In this document: positions 17,414-26,423 of the stretch, piece after piece | Position numbering within the stretch: the stretch's first letter is position 1 | How the letters are laid out: every line of letters begins with the position of its first letter | NCBI GenBank assembly: GCA_034440455.1 | Contig: JAWXCB010000066.1 | Coordinates: forward strand, 2,807-66,806 | Reading direction: 5' to 3' | DNA: 64,000 bases | From: Chitinophagales bacterium | Lineage (GTDB): Bacteria > Bacteroidota > Bacteroidia > Chitinophagales > CAIOSU01 | Notes under the pieces: model-generated | What the model was told of the DNA's origin: nothing | The model's database searches: none | What the model saw: the letters and a program-made list of their open reading frames with translations, nothing else | Made by a program: the position numbers and the translations under genes

Positions 17414-18079
17414 ATGAGATTAATCAAATCAACATTGTCATTTCTGACTGTTATCGTAGTAGCACTCTTTTCGTTTGGATTTATCAATCATGCAAGGACT
17501 CCCCTCTCCTTTGGAGAGGGTGCGCGGGTGAGGCAGCCCGGCTATAATGTTGGTGATTATGCAGCTGACTTCAAACTGAAAAACATTGACGACAAAATGG
17601 TTTCACTTGCAGATTATACAGAAGCCATAGGCTTTGTTGTTGTATTTACTTGTAATCATTGCCCCTATGCGAAGTTGTATGAAGACCGTCTTGTTGCGCT
17701 TGACAAGGTTTCCAAAAAGAAAGGTTATCCGGTTATTGCTATCAATCCGAATGATGCGGCAAGCCATCCTGAAGATTCATTTGACAACATGAAGAAACGC
17801 GCGAAAGACAAAGGCTTCACATTTCCGTATCTCGTTGACGAAACGCAGGAAGTAGCACAGGCTTTTGGCGCAGCAAAAACTCCGCATGTTTATCTCTTAC
17901 AAAAAGAAGAAGGCAAGTTGAAAGTCGTCTATATCGGTGCAATCGATGACGATACCGAAAACACGAAGAAAGATAAAGTGAAGTATGTAGAAAATGCGAT
18001 TGATGCAGTGGAGAAAGGAGAAAAACCGAATCCTGATTTTACAAAAGCTGTTGGATGTACGATTAAGTGGAAAAGCTGA
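17414..18079 (+). CDS. thioredoxin-fold protein, peroxiredoxin-like (PRX_like1-type, CxxC)
   Basis: Signal/anchor MRLIKSTLSFLTVIVVALFSFGF, then an AhpC/TSA-like fold with VVFTCNHCPYAK. It carries an in-frame repeat insertion (see findings). Confidence 0.75.
   Translation: MRLIKSTLSFLTVIVVALFSFGFINHARTPLSFGEGARVRQPGYNVGDYAADFKLKNIDDKMVSLADYTEAIGFVVVFTCNHCPYAKLYEDRLVALDKVSKKKGYPVIAINPNDAASHPEDSFDNMKKRAKDKGFTFPYLVDETQEVAQAFGAAKTPHVYLLQKEEGKLKVVYIGAIDDDTENTKKDKVKYVENAIDAVEKGEKPNPDFTKAVGCTIKWKS
17499..17534. repeat. CCCCTCTCC...GGTGAGGC family repeat, compact 36-nt copy inside a CDS
   Basis: CTCCCCTCTCCTTTGGAGAGGGTGCGCGGGTGAGGC, translated in frame as ..TPLSFGEGARVRQ.. Confidence 0.75.
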
Positions 18080-18098
18080 GATATATTTTTCAATTTGG

Positions 18099-18128
18099 AA
18101 AGCCTGCCGAACTCCGGCAGGCTTTTTC
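18099..18128 (+). terminator. rho-independent terminator
   Basis: AGCCTGCCG (18101-18109) / CGGCAGGCT (18115-18123) stem followed by TTTTT. Confidence 0.6.
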
Positions 18129-18165
18129 ATTTCATTGAAACGTAAAGCTATTTTTGCCACCGCCA

Positions 18166-19191
18166 ATGACTGCCATTTCAAAAAAGAAGAAACACTTTCT
18201 TATTAACGAACAATTACGGGGGTATCTGAAAAAATACGACCGTGAATCAAAACTGCCCGTGAGCTACAATGATTTGCTGCGCTACAACGAAACTGTGCCG
18301 CACCGCGATAAGAGCGGGAAAGAAACGCTGTGGGAAACGGTGATTTACGACCGCTCCATGACAGATGAGTTGAACAAGGGGCTAACGATGATTTATTCCA
18401 TCCTGAAGTCGGATGGAGATACGGATGTTTTGGAGCACCTTTATGTTTCGCGCATTGACTATTGCACCTTTGGGAATTCAAATCCGTTTCGTGTTCGCAT
18501 TGTCAACCTGTTTAATGACAACTATGATTATTTCTATGTAAAGAAAGATGACGCTTCGCGTGTTTATGGGCTTGAATTAGAGCATATCCTTTCTCCCAAC
18601 CGCATCAATTATTTTGTGGACGATGACACGCTGATTGAAGAACACATTCCCGGCATTCCCGGTAATGACTTTATTGCGGGTTATCTAAAAAAACCAGAAT
18701 GCAATAAAGTGCGCATCGCCAAAGAATTTGTGAAATTCAACGAGCGCTGCTTTGTGCGGCTGCTGGGCGACATGCGTTCCTATAATTATGTCGTTGACAT
18801 CACGCCCGATTTTGAGGATGAGCAATACCGCATTCGCCCGATTGATTTCGACCAGCAATCTTATGAAGGGAAGAAAACGATGTATCTCCCGCAGTTTTTC
18901 AAAGAAAACAACGCGGTGGTCAACCTGTGCATGGAATTGATGACTCCCGAAACATTCAGCCAATACCGCAACGAGGAAAGAACGTTGATTGCGCACCGCT
19001 TAAAAGCCGAACGTACCCGTTTTGAAGAACTGCTGGCATGCATGAAAAATGATACGATTTCACTTGCTGACAAAGAAGAACAACTCAAACAGGAACTTGC
19101 AAAGCACCACAACGACCCCGCCTTCAAAGCTTGTAAGAACATGGGCGAAATTGTGAGCTATCACCTTGAAGTGGTGCTTGCGGGTAAATAG
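18166..19191 (+). CDS. hypothetical protein with kinase-like catalytic-loop pattern
   Basis: 341-aa cytoplasmic ORF from ATG 18166 (the ORF track starts at TTG 18154). LLGDMRSYNYVVD ... IRPIDFDQ resembles the D-x4-N catalytic loop plus metal-binding Asp of atypical kinases. No family assigned. Confidence 0.5.
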   Translation: MTAISKKKKHFLINEQLRGYLKKYDRESKLPVSYNDLLRYNETVPHRDKSGKETLWETVIYDRSMTDELNKGLTMIYSILKSDGDTDVLEHLYVSRIDYCTFGNSNPFRVRIVNLFNDNYDYFYVKKDDASRVYGLELEHILSPNRINYFVDDDTLIEEHIPGIPGNDFIAGYLKKPECNKVRIAKEFVKFNERCFVRLLGDMRSYNYVVDITPDFEDEQYRIRPIDFDQQSYEGKKTMYLPQFFKENNAVVNLCMELMTPETFSQYRNEERTLIAHRLKAERTRFEELLACMKNDTISLADKEEQLKQELAKHHNDPAFKACKNMGEIVSYHLEVVLAGK

Positions 19192-19272
19192 CTTTAGTTT
19201 TAACGAAATTTTTAGCAAACGGCTTGACATTCTTGATTTTCTTCCGTTTCTTTACGAGCGAAAATTGTACAG

Positions 19273-19326
19273 ATGTATTCAAGGGTCTCCATTGTTATCG
19301 TCATTAGCGTCACGCGCAAGCGGTGA
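19273..19326 (+). promoter_or_regulatory. ilv operon leader peptide (MYSRVSIVIVISVTRKR)
   Basis: 17-codon ORF with 7 Ile/Val codons. It lies upstream of a terminator and of ilvE. Confidence 0.65.
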
Positions 19327-19351
19327 GGATGGATACGTATTAATAAAACGG

Positions 19352-19390
19352 GAGCCATTCTCACAGCGGGAATGGCTCTTTTGTTTTTTA
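19352..19390 (+). terminator. attenuator terminator of the ilv leader
   Basis: GAGCCATTC (19352-19360) / GAATGGCTC (19370-19378) stem followed by TTTTGTTTTTT. The alternative pairing 19323-19332 with 19355-19364 is possible. Confidence 0.7.
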
Positions 19391-19418
19391 AAGGTTTGAG
19401 TATTAAAAAACCCAGCGT

Positions 19419-20309
19419 ATGTATTTCTCAGACAAAACAGTCGTCTTCGTAAACGGAAAGTTCGTGCAGGCGAAAGATGCTACGGCAAGTCTTTACAACC
19501 AGACAATTCATTATGGCAATGGAGTGTTTGAAGGGATACGCTCTTATTCTAATCCCTTTGGTACAAGAATTTTCAAGGCAAAAGAGCATTATGAACGTCT
19601 CAGAGAGTCTGCCAAAAAGATGCATATGAAATTTGATTACTCCGTGCAAGACCTCGTGGATGCTTCTTATGAATTGCTCAAGAAAAATAACCTCACGGAT
19701 GCTTACATCAGACCGGTTGTTTATTCAGGCATCAATATGAAATTGCTTCCGAGTAATGAGTCAAATATTTTTATTGGTGGATGGAAATGGGGGAGGTATT
19801 TGGGCAACAAGTTGTTGAATGTTACCGTGTCGCCCTATGAGCGTCCAAATCCTCATTCCTGCCATGTGGAAGCGAAGGTGACGGGGCATTATGTGAACTC
19901 AATTCTTGCAACAACAGAAGCAAGAAAAAGAGGCTTTGACGAAGCACTGTTGCTTGATTTGAATGGCTATGTTGCCGAAGGTCCCGGAACGAATTTTTTC
20001 TACGAAAAGAACAAGGTGTTATACACAGCGCCATTAGGAAGCATTCTCGCGGGGATTACGCGCGCAACCGTAATGGAAATTGCAAAGGACCTGCATCTCG
20101 AAGTGAAAGAAAAATTCTTCACTACCGATGAGCTTTTTGAAGGCGACAGTGCTTTTTTCACAGGAACAGCGTCAGAGGTTGCGGGCATCGCAAGCATTGA
20201 CGGTTATAAATTTCCTTTAGCATGGGAGAATTCATTGGGAAATATTTTGGCGCAGAAATATAAACAGTTAATTAAAACAGGAGATTACACACATAGCACG
20301 ATAATATAG
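19419..20309 (+). CDS. ilvE: branched-chain amino acid aminotransferase (class IV)
   Basis: 296 aa. Fold-type IV aminotransferase pattern (EGIRSY..., GTNFF, GITR, TGTA). Confidence 0.9.
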   Translation: MYFSDKTVVFVNGKFVQAKDATASLYNQTIHYGNGVFEGIRSYSNPFGTRIFKAKEHYERLRESAKKMHMKFDYSVQDLVDASYELLKKNNLTDAYIRPVVYSGINMKLLPSNESNIFIGGWKWGRYLGNKLLNVTVSPYERPNPHSCHVEAKVTGHYVNSILATTEARKRGFDEALLLDLNGYVAEGPGTNFFYEKNKVLYTAPLGSILAGITRATVMEIAKDLHLEVKEKFFTTDELFEGDSAFFTGTASEVAGIASIDGYKFPLAWENSLGNILAQKYKQLIKTGDYTHSTII

Positions 20310-20383
20310 TCGCGGGTTTACGGGTCGCGAGTTACGAGTCAATAAAATGGTTTGACTCGTGACTGAATGACTCGTGACTCGCA
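20310..20383. repeat. stutter/hairpin repeat between ilvE and ilvD
   Basis: GCGAGTTACGAGTC (20327-20340) is the near-perfect complement of GACTCGTGACTCGC (20369-20382). There is also a tandem GACTCGTGACT. Confidence 0.6.
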
Positions 20384-20398
20384 GACCAAACAGTACAA

Positions 20399-22078
20399 AT
20401 GAACGAACTCAATAAATATTCTCGCACAATCACGCAAGACGAAACGCAGCCTGCCGCGCAAGCGATGCTGCATGGCATCGGTTTGTCAGATGCGGATATG
20501 AAAAAAGCGCAGGTAGGAATTGCCAGCACCTGGTATGAAGGTAATACCTGCAACATGCACCTGAATGATTTGTCAGATTGGGTTAAAAATGGAGTAAAAG
20601 AATCAGGATTTGTTGGTTTGCGATTCAACACGATTGGCGTGAGCGATGGTATCTCGATGGGCACAAAAGGAATGCGCTACTCGCTTCCTTCTCGCGAAAT
20701 CATTGCCGATTCAATTGAAACTGTCGTCAGTGCGCATTGGTATGATGGCGTGATTACGATTGCCGGTTGTGATAAAAATATGCCCGGAGCATTGATTGCG
20801 ATGGCGCGCTTGAACCGTCCGTCACTGATGGTGTATGGCGGTACGATTGCTTCGGGAAAATACAAAGGTAAAAAGTTGGATGTTGTTTCTGCGTTTGAAG
20901 CATTAGGTGAAAAGTTTGCCGGAAAAATTTCAGATGAAGATTTTCACAATATCATAAAAAATGCCTGTCCCGGGGCGGGAGCATGTGGCGGTATGTACAC
21001 TGCAAATACAATGGCATCCGCGATTGAAGCGATGGGAATGAGTTTACCTTATAGCTCATCCAATCCTGCGTTGAGCGCGGAAAAGAAAAACGAGTGTGTG
21101 CAAGCGGGGAAAGCCATTCGCTTGTTACTTGAAAAAAATATCAAGCCGAGCGATATCATGACGAAGAAAGCGTTTGAAAACGCAATGACGATTGTAATGA
21201 TTCTGGGTGGTTCCACGAATGCAGTGCTGCATTTGATTGCAATGGCAAAAGCTATTGGAGTGAAATTGACGATTGATGATTTCCAGAAAATCAGCGATAA
21301 GACCCCTTTCCTTGCAGATTTAAAACCAAGCGGAAAATTTTTGATGGAAGATTTATACGCAGTGGGCGGAGTGCCGGCTGTACTCAAAATGTTGCTGAAA
21401 GAAAAAATGATTCATGGAGATTGTCTGACAGTAACCGGAAAAACGATTGCCGAAAATCTGAAAGAAGCAAAACCGCTTTCCGATGGACAGCAAGTGATTC
21501 TTTCTATTAAAAATCCAATTAAGAAAAGCGGGCACATTCAAATCTTGTATGGCAATCTCGCGCCACAAGGTTCTGTCGCAAAGATTACCGGAAAAGAAGG
21601 GGAAAAATTTGAAGGCACAGCGCGGGTGTTTGATGACGAGTTCGCAGCGATTGAAGGTATCCAAAAAGGAAAAGTGAAAAAGGGAGATGTCATTGTCATC
21701 CGCTACGAAGGACCCAAAGGCGGACCCGGTATGCCGGAAATGCTGAAGCCAACTTCTGCAATCATGGGCGCGGGATTAGGAACTGAAGTAGCGCTGATTA
21801 CCGATGGCAGATTTTCAGGTGGCACACACGGTTTTGTAGTAGGACATATCACACCTGAAGCACAGGAAGGCGGGTTGATTGGCTTGTTGAAAAATGGCGA
21901 CCGCATCACGATAGATGGAACAAAGAATAAAATTCAGGCGCATCTCACAGGCGAAGAAATAAAAAAACGAAAAGCAAATTGGAAACCGCGCAAGATAAAA
22001 GTGAAAAACGGATACTTGTATAAATATATGAAGTTGGTTTCTTCGGCTTCGGAGGGATGCGTGACGGATGGGGACTAA
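20399..22078 (+). CDS. ilvD: dihydroxy-acid dehydratase
   Basis: 559 aa. The [22 protein letters not shown] and TDGRFSGGT motifs are all present. Confidence 0.95.
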   Translation: MNELNKYSRTITQDETQPAAQAMLHGIGLSDADMKKAQVGIASTWYEGNTCNMHLNDLSDWVKNGVKESGFVGLRFNTIGVSDGISMGTKGMRYSLPSREIIADSIETVVSAHWYDGVITIAGCDKNMPGALIAMARLNRPSLMVYGGTIASGKYKGKKLDVVSAFEALGEKFAGKISDEDFHNIIKNACPGAGACGGMYTANTMASAIEAMGMSLPYSSSNPALSAEKKNECVQAGKAIRLLLEKNIKPSDIMTKKAFENAMTIVMILGGSTNAVLHLIAMAKAIGVKLTIDDFQKISDKTPFLADLKPSGKFLMEDLYAVGGVPAVLKMLLKEKMIHGDCLTVTGKTIAENLKEAKPLSDGQQVILSIKNPIKKSGHIQILYGNLAPQGSVAKITGKEGEKFEGTARVFDDEFAAIEGIQKGKVKKGDVIVIRYEGPKGGPGMPEMLKPTSAIMGAGLGTEVALITDGRFSGGTHGFVVGHITPEAQEGGLIGLLKNGDRITIDGTKNKIQAHLTGEEIKKRKANWKPRKIKVKNGYLYKYMKLVSSASEGCVTDGD

Positions 22079-22103
22079 GAATAGAAATTAACTTTGATCG
22101 AAT

Positions 22104-22406
22104 ATGAAGCTCGAAAAAAATAAGCTGCAATCCTTAAAGGTTTTTTTCTCGGACAAGCCGGTGAAGCGAGCATACTTATTTGGCTCTTTTGCGCGGGGTG
22201 ATGCAAATGAGAGGAGCGATGTAGATATTTTGGTTGAGTTGGACTATTCGCAAAAAATCGGATTGAAATTTCTGAGCATGCAAATCGCATTGGAAGAAAT
22301 GCTTGAAAGGAAAGTGGACTTTGTTACGGATCGCTCGCTTGAGGCTTTTATGAAGCCATTTGTTGACAAAGAAAAAATGCTTCTTTATGAAAGGCAAAGC
22401 GGCTGA
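22104..22406 (+). CDS. MNT-type nucleotidyltransferase (antitoxin of a HEPN/MNT pair)
   Basis: LFGSFARGDANERSDVDILVE, i.e. the GSxxRG...SDxD motif. Confidence 0.8.
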   Translation: MKLEKNKLQSLKVFFSDKPVKRAYLFGSFARGDANERSDVDILVELDYSQKIGLKFLSMQIALEEMLERKVDFVTDRSLEAFMKPFVDKEKMLLYERQSG

Positions 22407-22734
22407 CAAAACGCGACTCCGGCATATTCTTGAAGCAATCAGGGAAATTGAAAAGTATCTCGCTGTTGCCGGAAGTGAGGATGATTTTTACAATAATTCC
22501 GCATTGAAGTTTGCAACAGTTAAACAATTGGAAATTATCGGTGAAGCGGCAGGGAAACTTTCTAACGAAATATAAAAACGTGCAGTAGAATTAAACTGGA
22601 AAGCCATCATTTCAATGCGTAACAGGTTAGTGCATGATTATGAAAATATTGATTTCACGATTGTCTATCAGATTGCAGCAGATGAGTTACCTGCCTTGAA
22701 AGAAGCAGTTGATAAAATGCTTCTTGCTTTTTAA
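22387..22734 (+). pseudogene. HEPN (DUF86) toxin gene with an in-frame TAA
   Basis: The single frame reads MKGKAADKTRLRHILEAIREIEKY...IIGEAAGKLSNEI * KRAVELNWKAIISMRNRLVHDYENID...LLAF. The stop is at 22573-22575. The catalytic R-x4-H motif (RNRLVH) lies downstream of it. Confidence 0.7.
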
Positions 22735-22757
22735 TTAGTTAAAAGAATATAAATTCA

Positions 22758-24494
22758 ATGACCGAAACCCTCACAAAAAAGAAGTCAACTCAAAAGCAGC
22801 CCAAAAAGAAAACCATCACCGGCTCTGAAGCAGTGATTCTCTCCTTGCTTGAAGAAGGCGTTGACACCATCTTCGGCTACCCCGGTGGCGCGATTATGCC
22901 GATTTATGATGCGCTCTATCATTACCGGAATAAAATCAATCACATCCTCGTGCGCCATGAACAAGGCGCAACACATGCTGCTCAGGGATATGCCCGCGTA
23001 AAGGGAAAGGCAGGAGTTTGCTTTGCAACATCAGGTCCCGGAGCTACAAATTTGATTACAGGAATTGCTGATGCGCAGATTGATTCTACTCCAATGGTGT
23101 GTATCACAGGGCAAGTGCCGGTTCATCTTCTCGGCACGGATGCTTTTCAGGAAACAGATGTGATTGGCATTTCAATGCCCATCACAAAATGGAATTACAA
23201 AGTCACCAAGCCTGAAGAAATTCCGTGGGCGATTGCACAAGCGTTTTATATCGCCAACAATGGTCGTCCCGGTCCTGTGCTGATTGACATTGCAAAGAAT
23301 GCGCAATTCGGAGAACTGGAATATTCGTATGAAAAGTGTCAGAAGATTCGCAGCTATCGCCCCAAGCCGAAGGCGCATGAAAAGGATATTACTGCGGCCG
23401 CTGAACTTATTAATCAGGCGAAAAAACCATTCTTACTTATTGGTCATGGTGTGTTGATTTCAGGCGCAGAAAAGGAGTTGCAAAAATTTATTGAGAAAAC
23501 AGGAATCCCTTCCGCATCAACGCTGCTTGGATTATCTGCAATGCCATGTGACCATCCGCTGTATGTCGGCTATCTCGGGATGCATGGCAATTATGGACCT
23601 AACATCAAAACAAACGAATGTGATTTACTTATTGCTATCGGAATGCGCTTTGATGATCGCGTGACGGGTGATTTAAAAAAATATGCGCGACAGGCAAAAG
23701 TGATTCACATTGAAATTGATCCTTCGGAGATTGATAAAAACGTAAAGACTACTGTCGGGATAAATGCAGACGCGAAAGAAGCGCTGAAAGCATTGCTTCC
23801 TAAAGTGAAAAAAAATAATCACAAAAAGTGGTTGCAGGAATTCAGGGATTGCGACAAGATTGAATTTGATAAAGTAACCCGCCATGAATTTTTTCCCGGA
23901 AAAGGAGAAATAAAAATGGCGGAAATCATCAACGTGCTTTCTGAAAAAACGAAAGGAGAAGCGGTGCTTGTGACAGATGTGGGTCAGCACCAGATGGTCG
24001 CAACCCGTTATTACAAATTCAAAAAACCAAACAGCAACATTTCATCCGGTGGTCTTGGTACAATGGGTTTTGCATTGCCCGCAGCGCTGGGCGCTAAAAT
24101 CGGAAGACCTGATAGACAAGTAGTTGCCGTGATTGGTGATGGCGGTTTCCAAATGACGTTGCAGGAGATGGCGACTATTTTTCAAACGCAAGCCGCAGTG
24201 AAAATCATTATTCTGAACAATGACTTTCTTGGCATGGTGCGTCAGTGGCAGCAATTATTTTTCGAGAAAAGGTATTCTTTCACCGAAATCGTGAATCCTG
24301 ATTTCGTTGCGCTTTCAAAGGCATTCGGAATTGAGGCGCACCAACTTTCTAAGCGCGAGAATATTAATTCATCAATAGATAAACTGCTTTCACACAAAGG
24401 ACCTTATCTGCTTGAAGTGAAGGTGGAGAAAGAAGAGAATGTTTTCCCGATGGTTCCTTCGGGGGCGAGTGTTTCTGAAATAAGACTTGAATAA
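22758..24494 (+). CDS. ilvB: acetolactate synthase, large (catalytic) subunit
   Basis: 578 aa. ThDP enzyme: FGYPGGAIMPIYD and the GDGGFQM...NN ThDP-binding motif. Confidence 0.92.
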   Translation: MTETLTKKKSTQKQPKKKTITGSEAVILSLLEEGVDTIFGYPGGAIMPIYDALYHYRNKINHILVRHEQGATHAAQGYARVKGKAGVCFATSGPGATNLITGIADAQIDSTPMVCITGQVPVHLLGTDAFQETDVIGISMPITKWNYKVTKPEEIPWAIAQAFYIANNGRPGPVLIDIAKNAQFGELEYSYEKCQKIRSYRPKPKAHEKDITAAAELINQAKKPFLLIGHGVLISGAEKELQKFIEKTGIPSASTLLGLSAMPCDHPLYVGYLGMHGNYGPNIKTNECDLLIAIGMRFDDRVTGDLKKYARQAKVIHIEIDPSEIDKNVKTTVGINADAKEALKALLPKVKKNNHKKWLQEFRDCDKIEFDKVTRHEFFPGKGEIKMAEIINVLSEKTKGEAVLVTDVGQHQMVATRYYKFKKPNSNISSGGLGTMGFALPAALGAKIGRPDRQVVAVIGDGGFQMTLQEMATIFQTQAAVKIIILNNDFLGMVRQWQQLFFEKRYSFTEIVNPDFVALSKAFGIEAHQLSKRENINSSIDKLLSHKGPYLLEVKVEKEENVFPMVPSGASVSEIRLE

Positions 24495-24503
24495 AATAAG
24501 ACA

Positions 24504-25079
24504 ATGAGCAATCTCAATTCCATTTACAACGACCAAACCGATTTTTCGCGTGAGCGGGAATTCACGATTTCCGTTTTTACCGAAAATAATATCGGTCTGT
24601 TGAATCACATCACTATTGTGTTCACGCGCAGAAATTTGAATATCAATAGTCTTACAACTTCAGAATCAGAGATTAAAGGCATTTTTCGTTTCACCATCAC
24701 CATTCGCACTACGCACGACACTGTTAAAAAACTTATCAAGCAATTGGAGAAGATAGTGGATGTCATCAAAGCGTTTGTACACGAGGAGAAAGATATTATC
24801 ACTCAGGAAATTGCACTCTACAAAGTTCCGGTGAAGGCAGCGCACAACGGAGTGAACATCGAGCAAATCGTTCGCGAAAGTCACGCGCGCATTCTGGCGA
24901 TTGAGAACGGATATATCGTGATTGAAAAAACGGGACATCAGCGTGATACGCAGAAGTTGTTTGAGAAATTAGAACCGCACGGTGTGCTGGAGTTCGCACG
25001 TTCGGGAAGGGTTGCAGTAATGCGCTCGGCAGATAACTTGGATAAATTTTTAAAAGAGATAGAGAAGAAGCATAAATAA
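24504..25079 (+). CDS. ilvN: acetolactate synthase, small (regulatory) subunit
   Basis: 191 aa. ACT-domain start FTISVFTENNIGLLNHITIVFTRRNLNI, immediately after ilvB. Confidence 0.85.
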   Translation: MSNLNSIYNDQTDFSREREFTISVFTENNIGLLNHITIVFTRRNLNINSLTTSESEIKGIFRFTITIRTTHDTVKKLIKQLEKIVDVIKAFVHEEKDIITQEIALYKVPVKAAHNGVNIEQIVRESHARILAIENGYIVIEKTGHQRDTQKLFEKLEPHGVLEFARSGRVAVMRSADNLDKFLKEIEKKHK

Positions 25080-25102
25080 ACCATAAACAACAAACGAATA
25101 AC

Positions 25103-26140
25103 ATGGCACAAATTTATTTTGGCGGAGTTCTTGAAAACGTAGTGACGCGAGAAGAATTCCCTTTGAAAAAAGCGCTCGACATTCTGAAAGATGAAACAAT
25201 CGCTATTCTCGGCTATGGCGTTCAGGGTCCGGGGCAGGCGTTGAATCTGAAAGACAATGGATTCAACGTGATTGTCGGGCAGCGCAAAGGCACAAAAAGC
25301 TGGGACAAAGCAGTGAAAGATGGTTTTGTTGAAGGCAAAAATCTTTTTGAATTGGAAGAAGCAGCAAACAAAGGAACCATTCTGCAATTCCTTTTATCTG
25401 ATGCAGGACAAATTTCGTTTTGGCCCACGCTGAAAAAGTATCTTACGAAGGAGAAAACTCTTTATTTCTCCCACGGCTTTGGTATCACTTACAACGACCA
25501 AACCGGAATCAATCCACCTGCCGATGTAGATGTAGTGCTTGTTGCACCGAAAGGTTCAGGCACGAGTCTGCGCAGAAAATTCTTGCAAGGCAAAGGCTTG
25601 AATGCAAGTTTTGCGATTTATCAGGATGCAAGTGGTAATGCAAAAGACAAAGTCGTTGCGCTGGGTATCGGTATCGGTTCAGGATTTTTGTTTGAAACAA
25701 ATTTCAAAAAAGAAGTTTTCAGCGACCTTACCGGTGAGCGAGGAACATTAATGGGTGCACTTGCAGGAATTCTTGAAGCGCAGTATAATCTATTGCGCAA
25801 AAAGGGACATCTGCCGAGTGAAGCATTTAATGAAACAGTTGAAGAACTCACCGAAAGTTTGATTTTGCTTGTTGCTGAAAATGGCATGGATTGGATGTTT
25901 GCGAATTGCTCCACCACTGCACAACGTGGCGCTTTGGATTGGCGGCACAAATTCAGAAAAGCGGTTGAGCCTGTGTTTGAAGAACTGTATGAAAGCGTAG
26001 CCTCCGGGGAGCAAGCGAAAATTGTTATCAAAGCAAACAGCGACCCGGATTATCGCGCGAAACTTGAAGAGGAATTGAAAGAAATGCGTGAATCGGAAAT
26101 GTGGAAGGCGGGAGCGCAGGTGCGGAAGTTGAGACCGTAA
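25103..26140 (+). CDS. ilvC: ketol-acid reductoisomerase
   Basis: 345 aa. ILGYGVQGPGQALNL Rossmann motif and the HGF...APKG.G segments. Confidence 0.95.
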   Translation: MAQIYFGGVLENVVTREEFPLKKALDILKDETIAILGYGVQGPGQALNLKDNGFNVIVGQRKGTKSWDKAVKDGFVEGKNLFELEEAANKGTILQFLLSDAGQISFWPTLKKYLTKEKTLYFSHGFGITYNDQTGINPPADVDVVLVAPKGSGTSLRRKFLQGKGLNASFAIYQDASGNAKDKVVALGIGIGSGFLFETNFKKEVFSDLTGERGTLMGALAGILEAQYNLLRKKGHLPSEAFNETVEELTESLILLVAENGMDWMFANCSTTAQRGALDWRHKFRKAVEPVFEELYESVASGEQAKIVIKANSDPDYRAKLEEELKEMRESEMWKAGAQVRKLRP

Positions 26141-26189
26141 ACTCAAGTTGCCTGGCTATTTAAACAATGAAAATCTGTAATTTGGAGCT

Positions 26190-26423
26190 ATGCTAAACAT
26201 TCAAAATTATATTGAGTCAGACCCCAAAATCATAATGGGCAAGCCTGTCATTAAGGGAATGAGAATAACGGTTGAGTTGATTTTGGAAAAATTGTCGGAA
26301 GGGGAAACGGTGGAAGATTTATTGGAAGCGCATCCCCGCCTTACGACTGAGGGCATCAATGTCGCGCTTGCTTTTGCGGCTCATAACCTCAGAGCGGATA
26401 ACATCTATCCAATAGCAAGTTGA
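26190..26423 (+). CDS. DUF433-family protein (antitoxin-like)
   Basis: DPKIIMGKPVIKGMRITVELILEKLSEGETVEDLLEAHPRLT matches the DUF433 pattern. Confidence 0.75.
   Translation: MLNIQNYIESDPKIIMGKPVIKGMRITVELILEKLSEGETVEDLLEAHPRLTTEGINVALAFAAHNLRADNIYPIAS

Noticed and set aside
19222-19272. TTGACA (19225-19230) as a promoter -35 element for the ilv leader
   Set aside because: There is no matching -10 box at the proper spacing and no Bacteroidetes-type TAnnTTTG -7 box. The promoter cannot be placed from sequence alone.
2976-22575. Stop-codon reassignment or programmed read-through as an explanation for the in-frame TAG (2976-2978) and TAA (22573-22575)
   Set aside because: TAG, TAA and TGA all terminate well-conserved genes at the expected positions in this window, for example ilvE and hicB with TAG, ilvD and ilvB with TAA, and dusB with TGA. 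Simple nonsense mutations or base-call errors are more parsimonious.
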